Origin: Nageia nagi
Lineage: Eukaryota > Plantae > Pinophyta
Reading direction: 5' to 3'
Assembly (NCBI GenBank): GCA_050084985.1
Contig: JBITNC010000001.1
Coordinates: forward strand, 157,294,001-157,358,000
DNA length: 64,000 nucleotides
Position 1 is the stretch's first letter, and each line of letters starts with the position of its first letter. Shown here piece by piece: positions 25,531-37,401 of the stretch. The notes under the pieces were generated by a model. That model made no database searches. It was not told where the DNA came from and worked only from the letters and a program-made list of their open reading frames with translations. The position numbers and the translations under genes were made by a program.

Positions 25531-26419
25531 CGTTTTTTGCCCTGATGGCCATTCGTTCAAAACTCCACTATCTTTTTGTTGTCGTGACCCAAAACTCCAT
25601 CCTGTGAGATGTTGCTTGGAACTGGGCCTTGACTTGGCCATTGGCTATGCTAAACTCTTTTTATGACTCTAGGGCATGCTCGTTTGCTGCCTTGATCATG
25701 TGGCTGCTCTGGGTTTCCATATTGGCAGTAGGTTGATCATTCCTAGGCAATGTCGCTCATTTCCATTTGCAAAAATTGGGTCCCCAAAATGCTGCATCTT
25801 GGGGTGTGTTGTGCGAGCATAACAATAGCAATATAAAAACAAACAAAACAAAATTTATAAAACACAGAGATCTCAGAAACATAATTGTGGCTGTTTTTCC
25901 TAGCTCACAAGACGGATCTGAATGATGAGGTCGTAATCTTCCCAATGTCCTTGTCTTTCTCGTAACTCACCACAGTTGGACAAAAGCTTGAGGCTTAAGT
26001 CCCCTGTTTGTGTTTCATCAAAAGGCGTGAGGCTCTTTGATCACACTCTCATGATTAATTCTTGCCCCATTATTTATGATTCTGAAGACCCTTTATTATT
26101 CAGATTTTCACCGATTGGCAAGGTGCCATTGTCAATACCTGTTACATTAGATAATTGGTTAGTATTATCCAGATTGTCTGTTCCAACTGTTGTTTTTGGG
26201 TTGGAACCTATAGTTTCTGAGCTCAGTGTGCTTTGATGAAGGTAGCTTAGTTTCGGATTTTCACCAATTGGTAGCAAACCATTGTTAGTTTACGAGCCTT
26301 AAAATGCTCATGTATCCCAGCATACTTTACAAAATCCTAAGCTGAATACATCCGTAATTGGAAAACTAATGCAGAAAATAGTGGGACCTATATACATTGT
26401 TGGTACAACTGGCTTGCTC

Positions 26420-29400
26420 TTAAGCTTGGAAATAGTGTTTCAAATGCTTGCCATTCACAAGTAACGGCAAGTCCTTGCCTGTAAGACACTTGAGTCTGAA
26501 TGTGTTATGTCCTAATAGGGTCGAGATCTGCAATTGGCCTAGCCACAATTTGTCAAATTTTACATGCTTGCCCTTATCTTTGTTGGCTTTGTCCCACATT
26601 AGAACAAGATCAGAGACATGGAATGATTTGAATTGTGCATTCTTGTCGAACCATCTTTTGGTTATCTGTTGATGTTGACTCATGTTCGAGAATGCTTGTT
26701 CTCTTTTCTCTACCAGTTGTAAAAGCTGTACCATTCTTGGTTCCATTACATCATCGGTGTACACGTAATCCTTCATGAATTGCAAGGTAGCAATTTTCAA
26801 ATGTATAGAAAAGACAGGTTCCGTTCCGTATACCAACTGGAAAGGACTGGTACCCAAGGACTTCTTCAGCTTGATCCGATTTGACCATAATGCATATTTC
26901 AATTTGCTATGCCAATCTCTCGAATTATGATCGAGGAGTCTCTTTATCATTGTCAATAGGTTCTTGTTTGTAGATTTCGCTACTCCATTTCCTTGTGGAT
27001 AATAATTTTATGAGTAGTTGATAAGTATGCGACGATCATATGCTCATTTTTGACAATTTGTGGCTTATGAACCTTGAATCGTTATTGCATACAAGGGAGT
27101 ATGGTTCTCCAAATCTTGTGACTATGAATTTCTCGATGAATTGAATGACAATTTCCGTAGTTGCATTCTTGCAGGCCTGGGCCTCGGTCCACCTCGTACA
27201 ATAATCTGTTGTCGTCAGAATGAATTGGTGGCCACTAGATGAGTGGGGGTTGATAACCCCAAAAAAGTCTAGTCCCCATTTAGCAAACGACTTAGATTCC
27301 AAGATTGGTTGAAGTGGCATATTGGAGCTTTTCTATCTTCCAGCCATGGTTTGGCATGTATGACATGTTTTTTCGTACTGATGGGCGTCTTTAAACATGA
27401 CCGACCAATAATACCTAGTATCTGATGGACTAATGCGTTTCTTGTAGCGTGTCTTGTTCCATTCTCTTGATCATGGAATTGTTTGAGTATGTCATCGACT
27501 TGATCTTTTTGGACACACCTCAAATAAATTCCATTGTAGTTCTTTCTAAATAAGTTACCAGCATTGATGAAGTATTTGACCGCTCTATATATCAAAGCTC
27601 TTCTTTGTGCGATACCCATATCTGGTGGGTATGAACTTGAAGTAGAATATTTCACAATATCTGTGTACCATGACCCTTCTGGAGCCTGTATAACTGTATT
27701 ATGGTCATGGCCTATAGCATAATTCTCTTGAGTGCAATGTTTGTTGCTGATAAATGTATCTTCTTTGTGAGAGGCAAGGGCTTGTGCTAGGCCTTGCCCT
27801 CTGACGATTTTCATGGGTTGCAACTTTAAATTATACTCGAGGACTGCAGATACCCAGTTGCCTCTTTTATCTCCAAGTTCATACAGAGCAAGGAGATACT
27901 TTACTGTTGAATCTGACACTATGGCAATTATCTCACTGCGAAGGATATAGTGTCGAAACTTCTTCGTGGCTCTTACTAGTGCATAAGCTTGTTTATCTAG
28001 GATTGGATATCTTAATGCTGTGTCCTTCAATGGTGCACTCATAAAAGCAATTGGCTTTTCTTGATCCTCTTCATTTCTCTATGTAAGTACACCAACAAGT
28101 GAATGATTGGAAGCAAAAGTATAAAGATATCAAGGCTAGTCAAGACGGGTGTTGATGAAATCGCAGCCTTGATGTCTTGAAAAGCCTTTCTTGCTTTTGG
28201 ACCCCATACTATCTTGGCATCCTTCTTGAGCATATCGTTAATGGGTTTAACAATTTCCGCAAATCCTGATATGAACTTTCGGCCAAAGTTAATCTTTCCC
28301 ATGAACGATCTTACTTCCTTCAAACTGAATGGGTAGGTGATCTTTTGTATTACACCTACATTGTTTGGATCAACTGAGATGCCATGTTATGAAATAATGT
28401 GACCTAAGATCTTTCCTTTTGAAGTGCTGAAGATACACTTCTTAGGATTTAAGGATATGCCGAACTCTCGGCATCTTTGGAAAATATTCCTTAGGTCTTC
28501 TACGTGTGAGTCCCTTTCCTTAGAGAAGACTGTGAAATCATCCACGTAAATGATGATTTTCTTCCTTACTAGCCCTTTGAATGCAAAGTCCATTGCTCGT
28601 TGGAATGTTGCACTAGCATTGATTAATCCGAACAGTATGCGACTATATGCAAAGGTTCCCCACTTGGATGTGAATGCAGTTTTTAGTTGATCTTTTCTAT
28701 TGACTAGGATCTGATTGTATCTTGAATAGCCATCTAGGAAAGACATCATCTTTGATTCATTGACTATTTACAATACTTCCTCAAGAGAAGGTAAAGGATA
28801 ATAATCCTTCTCTGACGCGTGGTTCAAATGCCTGAAGTCAATGCAGATCCTTATCTCTCCACTCTTTTTACGAACGGGTACAATATTAGCTACCCAAGAT
28901 GAATGCTTCACTGGATAGACGATTCTTGATTCTGCTAATTTCTGAACCTTCTGAAAAATTATTGGCTCTAGTAATGCATTCACTTGCCTTTGACCCTGCC
29001 GAAATGGTATGGCTCTAGCTTTGAGCGGGATAGTATGAGTGATAATCTTTGGATTATAAGTTTTGAACTGCTGATACTTCTATGCTATGATATCAATGTA
29101 TTGTTTGATTACTTCAATGAACTTCTTCCGTTCTTGATTGACACAAGATTTACCGATCAAGATATTCTTTATATTTGTAGGGGTACCAATGTTGATTTCA
29201 TCTGCTAGTTCAGCATTAATGCAACTGGTTACCCTTTCATGCTGGATCATATCCGGATCAAACATTCTCTAAAGAGAAACAATTCCCCTTCGCATTTTGT
29301 TGGTCTTTAGCTGAATCACTCCGTCATTGAAATCTACTATTTCTTCTTCATCTAATTCTGCCTGATCTTCACCTTTAATTTGGGAAGGAAACACCCTTTT

Positions 29401-30233
29401 ACTGACCATGAATGCCAATATTTGTTGATCATCATTGAACACCTAGAAATTGGTGACATTATCTGGAATGGAGGGTGTTGGCACCATCTCAATGGTGAAC
29501 CTTCTAAGTTTAGTATTTTGCAATGGTTGCAAAGTACTGGCAGCAACAGCTAAGGCTTCGACCACTTGATTTTGTTTCCTAGGAACCGCTCAGATGTTGA
29601 AAGACTTAAAACTGTTGAGCAAGTCCCATACTCTGATCCTGTACTGATGCAACCTGGGGTCTTTGCAAGTGTATATTCCTCTAACTTGCTTTACCACTAA
29701 TTCTGAATCCCCTACTACATCTTTATTAAAGCCAGTTTTAGATCGTGTATGAGAGCTTCATACTCAGCCGTATTGCAAGTAGCATGGAATTGCAATCTAT
29801 AGGATGCATGGTACTTCTTGTTCTTTGGACTCTGTAATTTAACTCCTGCAACGCTTTCTTGATTGGATCTCGAACCGTCAAACTTGAGGGTCCATTTTTC
29901 TATATTTGCTGAACTTGAGGAAGCGCATGCTGCAAATGGAGTTTTCGTTTTGGACATGGGAGCAGGAGTATTATCTACTTTTGGGTCTATTTTGTCTGCA
30001 ATTTCTATCACATTTAAAGAATAGACCCCCATCTCTTCTGAAGCAACCAAGATTTCATTAACATAGTTGTAATCTGTTATGGTCTCTTTTAATCTTGGTT
30101 CTCGTTCGATCCTAATTTGGTTTGCTACTCCCCTCCATGGTAACCACATATGAGAGTAGTCCATAGCTATATATCCGTTTAGGGTACTGAACCAATCTCT
30201 ACCAAGTGTCAATGCACTGAAAGGGGGTTTCAT
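26420..30233 (-). mobile_element. Ty3/gypsy Tat pol, decayed; order protease end - additional RNase H - RT - RNase H - integrase
   Basis: LTLGRDWF (protease end); WTLKFDGSRS..CNTAEYEALI; WVANIVPVRKKSGEIRICIDFRHLN; SFLDGYSRYNQI; YVDDFTVFS; KWGLDFFGVINP; DYCTRWTEA; FDKLWLG. gag and 5' LTR are missing. Confidence 0.92.
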
Positions 30234-30577
30234 CCTTTGTGTTTGTTCTTGGTATGGGCTGATTTAAAAGGGAAAGCTTCTGCCACGATTTCAGAATTTT
30301 TGCATGCATTTAAACTCTAGAAAAAGGTTGCAATCTAAATCATGAAAGCAACTATAATAACCACTGTTGGGAGTGCATACTCATTGACAATAAGAGCTAC
30401 TATTCACACAACCAATTATTGGGCTGCACTAGATGATATTGCAACTATGTATAAGAGGATTGTTGTCCACACATCAAAGGCTGCAACAGATGACTTATCT
30501 ATTGCCTCATGTAGTGAAGTGCTAGGGACTGTAGTTATAGTTGTTGATGACATTTTTGTGACTGTTTTGATGACTGC

Positions 30578-31684
30578 TGTAATGTCCCCAAATTTGTAAA
30601 ACGTCCACTTTCTCTCCTCTTGGAGTGTGACGTTCATGGCAAAGGAGGAGAAACCAAAAATAAATTAATTTAGGAGTATTTTATTAATATTTTGTATTTA
30701 TTTCTGTAACCAAGGCTAAAGAGACCCTTGAGGCACTCACCCTTGGCTTTTATTTAATTAATCAGGCTCAATTATTTGTAATTAATGCAATATTAGTCTC
30801 TCATAATGGGACGTTGCATTTATGAGCCATTGATCTTGTAATTTGGCATCTCTAGGCAACCATTGTGGGACGTTGGGCTTCCTGGGTCCCTAGATGATTT
30901 AATTTGTCATCCCAAGACACCAGAAGAGGGACGTTGCACTTTGGGAGATTCCAAGGTATGAAAGATCTTGTTATAAAAGGAGATGGGACGCATCATTTGC
31001 GGGCATGCTTGAAGATCATCAGAGTTTATCTCTTTCCGGGGGTTAGCAACTAGTGGAGTTGCAGCTTTCCAGCTAGCTTAGTTAGAGAGCTCGAGCCAGT
31101 GTGGAGGAGTTATTACCTAAGCTAGGATAGTAGCTCAAGCCAGTGGGGTGGAGTTGCTAGAGTAGCTCGAGCCAGTGAGGAGGAGTTATTAGAATAGTTC
31201 GAGCCAGTGTGGTGGAACTATTCCGTCCCTGATCCAGATCGAGCCAGTGGGGTAGATCCAGATCTAGCCAGTGCGGCCATATTCCATATCCAGATCTAAC
31301 CTGCCAAATCAGTGTGAGAAGGCACGTCCTAGATCCACACCAGCCGAATCAGTGTGAGGAGGCTCGACCAGCATTGGGGAGAAGAGGTTGAAGAACTTGC
31401 AGGGCCAGATCGTCCAAATCTGCCTTGTGAGGGCAAACGTCCCCCTTCTTGAGCATTTGGGTATTTTTCCTTGAGTATTGTACTTATCCATTTGGGACGT
31501 CCCAACTCTTGAAGAATAAAATTCATTTCTGGCTCTATTTCTTGTTCAATTTGCAGATCTGATTTGAATTGAGCTAGTTAGAAAAATATAAAAGAATATA
31601 TATAAATTCCTAAGTAGTGATATTTCAACTTTGGAATATTACACTTTAACAAAATCGCATTTTGTGAGTTTTGGAGATATTACA
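30578..31684 (+). mobile_element. Solo LTR, TSD ACTGC, with an internal (C)GAGCCAGTG repeat array
   Basis: Inverted termini TGTAATGTCCCCAAA...TTTGGAGATATTACA. ACTGC at 30573-30577 and 31685-31689. TATA-like TATAAAAG at ~30972. Confidence 0.85.
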
Positions 31685-32880
31685 ACTGCTGATAGCTCAC
31701 CCACGAAGACTTTATGGACAACATTCTCTACACCTGAGAGTGTCACTTTGGGGGGTGAAACGTTGACAACCTTTGTGGCAGCAAAGTAGACTGACATTAC
31801 GAATTGGAGATCTGAATGGGCAGCGTTAAGGGCTGATTTTGGACTGTTAAAGAATGTCATGTGTTACAAATCTGAGCTTCACTCATCTGTTACAAAAGGG
31901 CTTGCCACATCACTTGCATTTTCAGCTTGGTTTCAGTTTTATTTTAGAACTGAGTTTCGTTTGGGACTGAGTGTTTAGCGATTTTGGGGACCAAATCCTT
32001 GTGTTTGGAGACAATGATTTTGGAGATAGTTAGGATTGAAATGTTGTCCATGTTGTAAACATTTTGGACTGCATTCTTCCTGATTGATAGGGCTACATTC
32101 TTGGTTGTTTGGACAACACTTTTGAGGACAACAGGGACTGTGGAGACAAGGATGAAGACTGCACTTTAGGTTGCACACTCACCAATTTCTTGGATTGAAC
32201 TTTTCAAGGAAAAGAGGATTGTTGCAGATGGAGAGGGATGTCACACTCCAAGGAGACGTTCTCGAATTTCTATGCGCGGATGCGGTATGGAAGATTGATC
32301 CAATTGGCGAACTTCATGAGGCCATAACTCTTTCATTTCCTGATAAATCCATGTCGTATAACTTGTCAAAACATTTTCCTCGATATGCTCTAACCAATGA
32401 CGAAGTCTAATCAACCATCCAAAACCTATGGCGAACTCCATCTCCATGTACATCAAACTAACAATAAATAATTCATCCTAAGCTTGGGAGGGAAACGTCC
32501 CACTTTGGGGCTCACAATGTGGGTTCAATGGACCATTACTTTTCTATCCCAAGTAACTAGTAATGCAAAAATAAAATATTTGCAAAGGGAACACCTAGGA
32601 TCCCAAATTTACTTAATTTTGTTCAAAAGGGGATGTTACAATCCCAACTAACTTCACAAACATTGCCTCAAAAGACAAGGATTCAACCTCAAAATTCAAT
32701 GAACATGCAGTCCAAAAACTCTTAGCAAGCTATGAGTTTGTTAGTGATAATTTTTAGGTGTGAGTTTGATAATTAGGAGTGGATTTAGTGGATTATAATG
32801 GGGCCACTAGTATGACTTATACATTATTCCAAGGCAATTAATAATTGTAAATGCAATATTAGTCTCCAATAATGAGGCGT

Positions 32881-35800
32881 GCGATCTGCACTCACCCCTG
32901 CCCTCAGCTCTGCTCCACCATTGCTATCTCAGCGGACAGTTTATTTTGGCTTTTACACCATTGCAAGAAGATGGTTTCCACAAATTTTGAGGCCATTTCT
33001 ATTGGACAAAGCACCCCTATCAACTATCCACACTCTCCAGACCCACCTTTACGCAAGTGTGCTAGTGTCGGATGCTCGGACCAATTGAAAATCCCCTATC
33101 TTACACAAAGCAAGTGCCTGTTGAAACTTGAACTGTCAAACCAGTCTTTGAAGGTAGAAATGATTGCCCTCCATTTTGAATTTTCTACTAAAATGACAGT
33201 GTTTCTCAATTTGGCCTCGAATTTCCATGAACAAATGCTTCCGAAAGACAGTCTTATTTCTGATCTAAGAGAGAAATTAGTGAGACTTGCGATAATGCAG
33301 CCCCCTCCAACTGATGGAGTCCAGCTGCAAGAACTCCATGAATCAATCTCTAAGATCAAAACTAAACAGTCTGAGATCATCTCACAGCAAGCAACCTTTT
33401 CACAGTTCACAACCACCCAACAACAATCCATACAAAAACAAGTTGAAGAACAAAAGGCTTGGGTAGGAGTGACAAAGGGGAAAGAAACCTCTCCGCTGGT
33501 GGAATTGGTTGGAGACTACGTCACACAAAAGCACTCAATTTGCGGGTTCGGGGCTTGCTAAAACCTTTTGATCCCCTAAAAGCCAACCTTAATTTCAAGC
33601 ACGAAACATTAGATATAAAAAATATTTCAGTGGAGAAGGCATGGAATGCTCAAGATGACTCCCTTGTCATTCGCTTCCACTCAACAGCAGAATGTTTACA
33701 AGCTTTGAGAGCAAAGAAGAAACTATTTTCTCTCTCGACCAAGATATACTTGGATGTCGACCTCACCCGCCTTCAAGTAGAACTTCGGAAAGCAAACACA
33801 CTAGTAGCGGCAGCCAAAAAAGAAAACAAGTGGGCTGTTAATTGTGATTGCAGAGCAATCATCCGTGATACCCCCCCTCCTGGTTGGTATTGTCTAGAGC
33901 CCTCCCAATGATGTCAGCAGGATGCTCCCACAACACTCACATTCACAGTTTGGAACTGTAATGGCAGGATTTGGTCCTCACCTGGATCTGTCTGTGACAT
34001 CATTCACCACACATATCTGATCCTTTTTAACGAGACTCATGAGAGTGCTATAAAGGGCCTCCCCCTTTCACTGGTTATTCATTGCTTTCTACTTTCAGGT
34101 CCTCTTCTCGGTTGGGTAGTTGTGAGCGTGGCTCAAGAGGTGTTGCCTTCCTGAATAGTGATCAGTTGCATCCTAGGATGAGAGTGGAGGGGATTGACAA
34201 CCACGATTGTTATATCTGGTTATCTATTGCGAGACCAACTCCCCTCAGGAGGATCTACATTGTTGGATGTTATTTCCCTCTAGTGACGTCACGCTATGTC
34301 TTATAGGGAGATGGTGAGTCTCCGTTCATAGACCTCTTCTTAGAGATTTCTAGATTTGTAGCACAAGGAGACATCATGTTGGTAGGGGATTTAAATGGTA
34401 GAACGGGGAGTCTTCAGACTCAACACTTTGATGAGGAGGTGGACCCTCTTCATCTTCATGCTTTGCAGAGCGACGATGAGTTTCAATAAACCTCTGCCTA
34501 TACCATGACCAGTTCTAGCTATGGGAGATTCCTTCTTTAGCTTGGTGAGACCCACGACCTTGTCATTTTGAATGGTATTGCTCGATTCCCCCACTCCGGT
34601 CACCACACTTGCTTTCCCCACGCGGGTGGGTCCAGTGTCGTAGATTACATACTTGTTGGCCCCTCACTTGTTTCGCATTGCCAGACCTTTTGGGTTGCCC
34701 CTTGTCTCCCCCTTGTTGACCATGCCCACCTGACCTTGTTTCTCTCGGATTCCACTCCCTCCACCACCTCCCATTCCATTCTTTCCCCGCCCTGTTGCAT
34801 CCCTCGCACAATCATCCACTTTGACCAGGATCTTTCCCCCATGTGTAGCATCACTTTGAAGCTAAAACGTACCCACATCCATTCTCTCCCCTCGATCAAT
34901 GATCAAGCGCTTTTTCTTTCTGAGATTCTTCTCTCTTTAGCCATGCAGACTTTCTTGCACACCATTCTCCCCTCGCCATGACCTCGACGCCTTGGACACT
35001 CCCCGATGAACCAATGGTTCGACACGGAACGTAATCCCTTTCATCACCACCTCAAGTCCACCATCGCTTTTGCAACCTCTTCCCATGTCACCCAATCCTT
35101 GCTTCGATCATACCATCACCTCTTGAAGACCAAGAAGTGCCACTTCTTGGCCAAAAGTTGATAGGAGATCATTTTGACCCTCCATAATAACCCCAAGTCT
35201 TTCTGGTGCTCTTTCTCACCTATGAAACCCACCACTAGCCAAGTCACCCTCCAAGACTGGAGCATTTATGCCTCTTGTCTCTACATCGATCCTAGCCATA
35301 TCCAGTCTCCTACCATCACTCGCCCCTCCTCGTCAGATTTTTTTTTCCCTCGACCTTGTCCACAAAGCTATCCTCAAGCTTAACTCTGGAAAAGTGCCTG
35401 ACATACAAAACCTCGAAGCAGAATATCTTAAACATGCAAGCTTTATCCTCCCCCATCTATTTAACACCGTTATTTGCACTAGCTTCCCCACGCATTGGAC
35501 CTCGAACATTATTCACCCCATTCTCAAGTCCGGTGACCCTTATGATCCTAGCAACTATCGGACCATCATGATTGACCACACCATGGCCAAGCTTTATGCC
35601 ACCATTCTCTAGGACTACATATCTCAGTGGGAAGATACTATAGGTCTTAAGGTAGGAGGACATGCAGTTTTCCACAGAGATCATCGCACCACGGACCACA
35701 TCCTCACCCTTCGTGTGATCATCGAGGAGTCTAAGTTTCGGAAGACTCCAGTTTTTAGTTGCTTTGTAGACTTTAGGAAAGCATTCGACACTGTCTTGCG

Positions 35801-37401
35801 GGTAGACTCATGGATAGACTTAGACAATTGGGGATCCCCGAGCTAGGCCTCACATCCATTATGACTCTCTAGGAGACCGTATTGGGTCAAGTATGTACTG
35901 CTGAGGGCCTTTCTGACAACATACGCAGCACCATAGGTGTGAAATAGGGCTGCCCACTCTATCGACTCTTTTCGGTCTCTATATTGACAAGCTGGAGACA
36001 CTTATATTGGAGATTGCAGGCCTTGAGTTGGGTGCCTTCTCCATAGTAGTCAAGTCCCCATCCTCCTCTTTGCCGACGACATTGTCTTACTCTCACACTT
36101 GGCAGAAGGCCTTCAGCACTTGATGGACACTATGGACTTGTTCAGTTCCAGGCAAAATTTAGTGGTTAATCTCAATAAAACCAATGTTGTGGTCTTTAAC
36201 ACCTTGAAGGCCATGACAGAGCAGACCCAAATCACATACTAGGGCATGGCGATCCCACCTAGAGTTTGTCGAGGATATGCAGTAGCTTCCTCCCTTGAGA
36301 GACAATGTATCAAGCTCCATTTCTAAGATGTCCTGACCAAGCTCCAATTATTCCATACTCTTGCCACCCCCACACTATTGTATGGCTTCGAGGTTTGGGG
36401 TCCTAGCACGAGGAAATTTGATTGGGCCACAGTGGAGAGGATTCCGATCGGCACTTTGTCTTGCTCCATTCGGAGCAAGAGATCCGTCCCACATCACATT
36501 ATGTTCGTAGAATTTGGTTGTCAGTCTCTATAGGTTTGGTCCCTAGTGATGTTGACCCTTTTTCTTTGGCATCTCCGTAGTTTTGCTTCCACAAGGAGAG
36601 GTGATAGACTCCCATATAGAGCCTTTTCTTCATCCATGGACTTGACAGCACAAGGATGCCATTGGTGTTGGTTCATCGAGGTCTCTGAGACATTACAACA
36701 CTTCGGGTTTTCACCTGACTAGTTACCGATACCTTAGAGTGATGCTCATAAAGATACAGAGGATAACTTGGCTTTGATCAGAGATGTGATTTATAAGGCA
36801 TATATTCTATGCACTTGGGTGACCCCCTAGCTCCCCCTCATGCCCAAGTTGTTACACTACTCACAACACTTCTTGCAACTTGACGGTGGATCGATAATCC
36901 CCCCAAGGTACATAAGTTTACACCACCTTGGCTTGCAATTGTTCTGTGAACAGTTCATAGTGTGTTCCCATCAGCTACGAATCAAGAACAATCACCATTT
37001 AGCTCGTGAGCTTAGAGTTTGCCGACTATGCTCACTCAAGCCAGAGATTGAGGATCATTTACTCTTCAGGTGTCCAGTATACTATGAGATCCAGGGTGAT
37101 ATCATTGCCTTTTTCGAAACTCCTGCAGCTTCATTTCGGCATTCTTTCATTTTCTAGACCAACTTTGTGTGGCACTTTATCTTAGTGAGACTTTCTTTCA
37201 CAGGAAACGCTTATTATCTACCACCCGTAGCATGACTAGGGATCGTCTGATTACCTCTTTCTTTTGAGCTTGCTCAGAAGAGGCGGTTCATAGGAGGAGG
37301 AGAGAGGACTGTCTTGCACCAGCACGACGTACCAGATAGAGAGTGTGTGCGGACCCCATTTCTTTGGTCACCTGGGGACATTAATATATTTTCTTCTTTC
37401 T
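32881..37401 (+). mobile_element. Near full-length LINE (ORF1 plus APE-RT-zinc-knuckle ORF2), RTEX-like, decayed
   Basis: ORF1 with a coiled coil (~33100-33911). APE motifs TVWNCNG, NETHE, VGDLNGRTG, VVDYIL, DHA. RT motifs PSNYRTI, FVDFRKAFD, GVK*GCPL, LFADDIVLL. C-terminus SHQLRI..RVCRLC..EIEDHLLFRCPVYYEI. TTTC tail. Degenerate TSD TAATGAGGCGT (32870-32880) / TAATGAAGCAT (37402-37412). Confidence 0.9.

Larger units (their letters stand above)
18030..25824 (-). mobile_element. ~7.8 kb unit bounded by Tat-family LTR termini and containing a large ORF
   Basis: The right terminus (minus TGTTATGCTCGCACAACACACCCC) matches termini at 44132 and 56913. The left part (18380-18540) is homologous to 52490-52620 of the PBS-adjacent LTR. 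Minus-strand TATA-like boxes at ~18995 and 23160-23167. Confidence 0.65.

Noticed and set aside
31085-31375. CRISPR-like repeat-spacer appearance
   Set aside because: The repeats are degenerate with related, irregular spacers, sit inside a plant LTR, and no cas genes are present.
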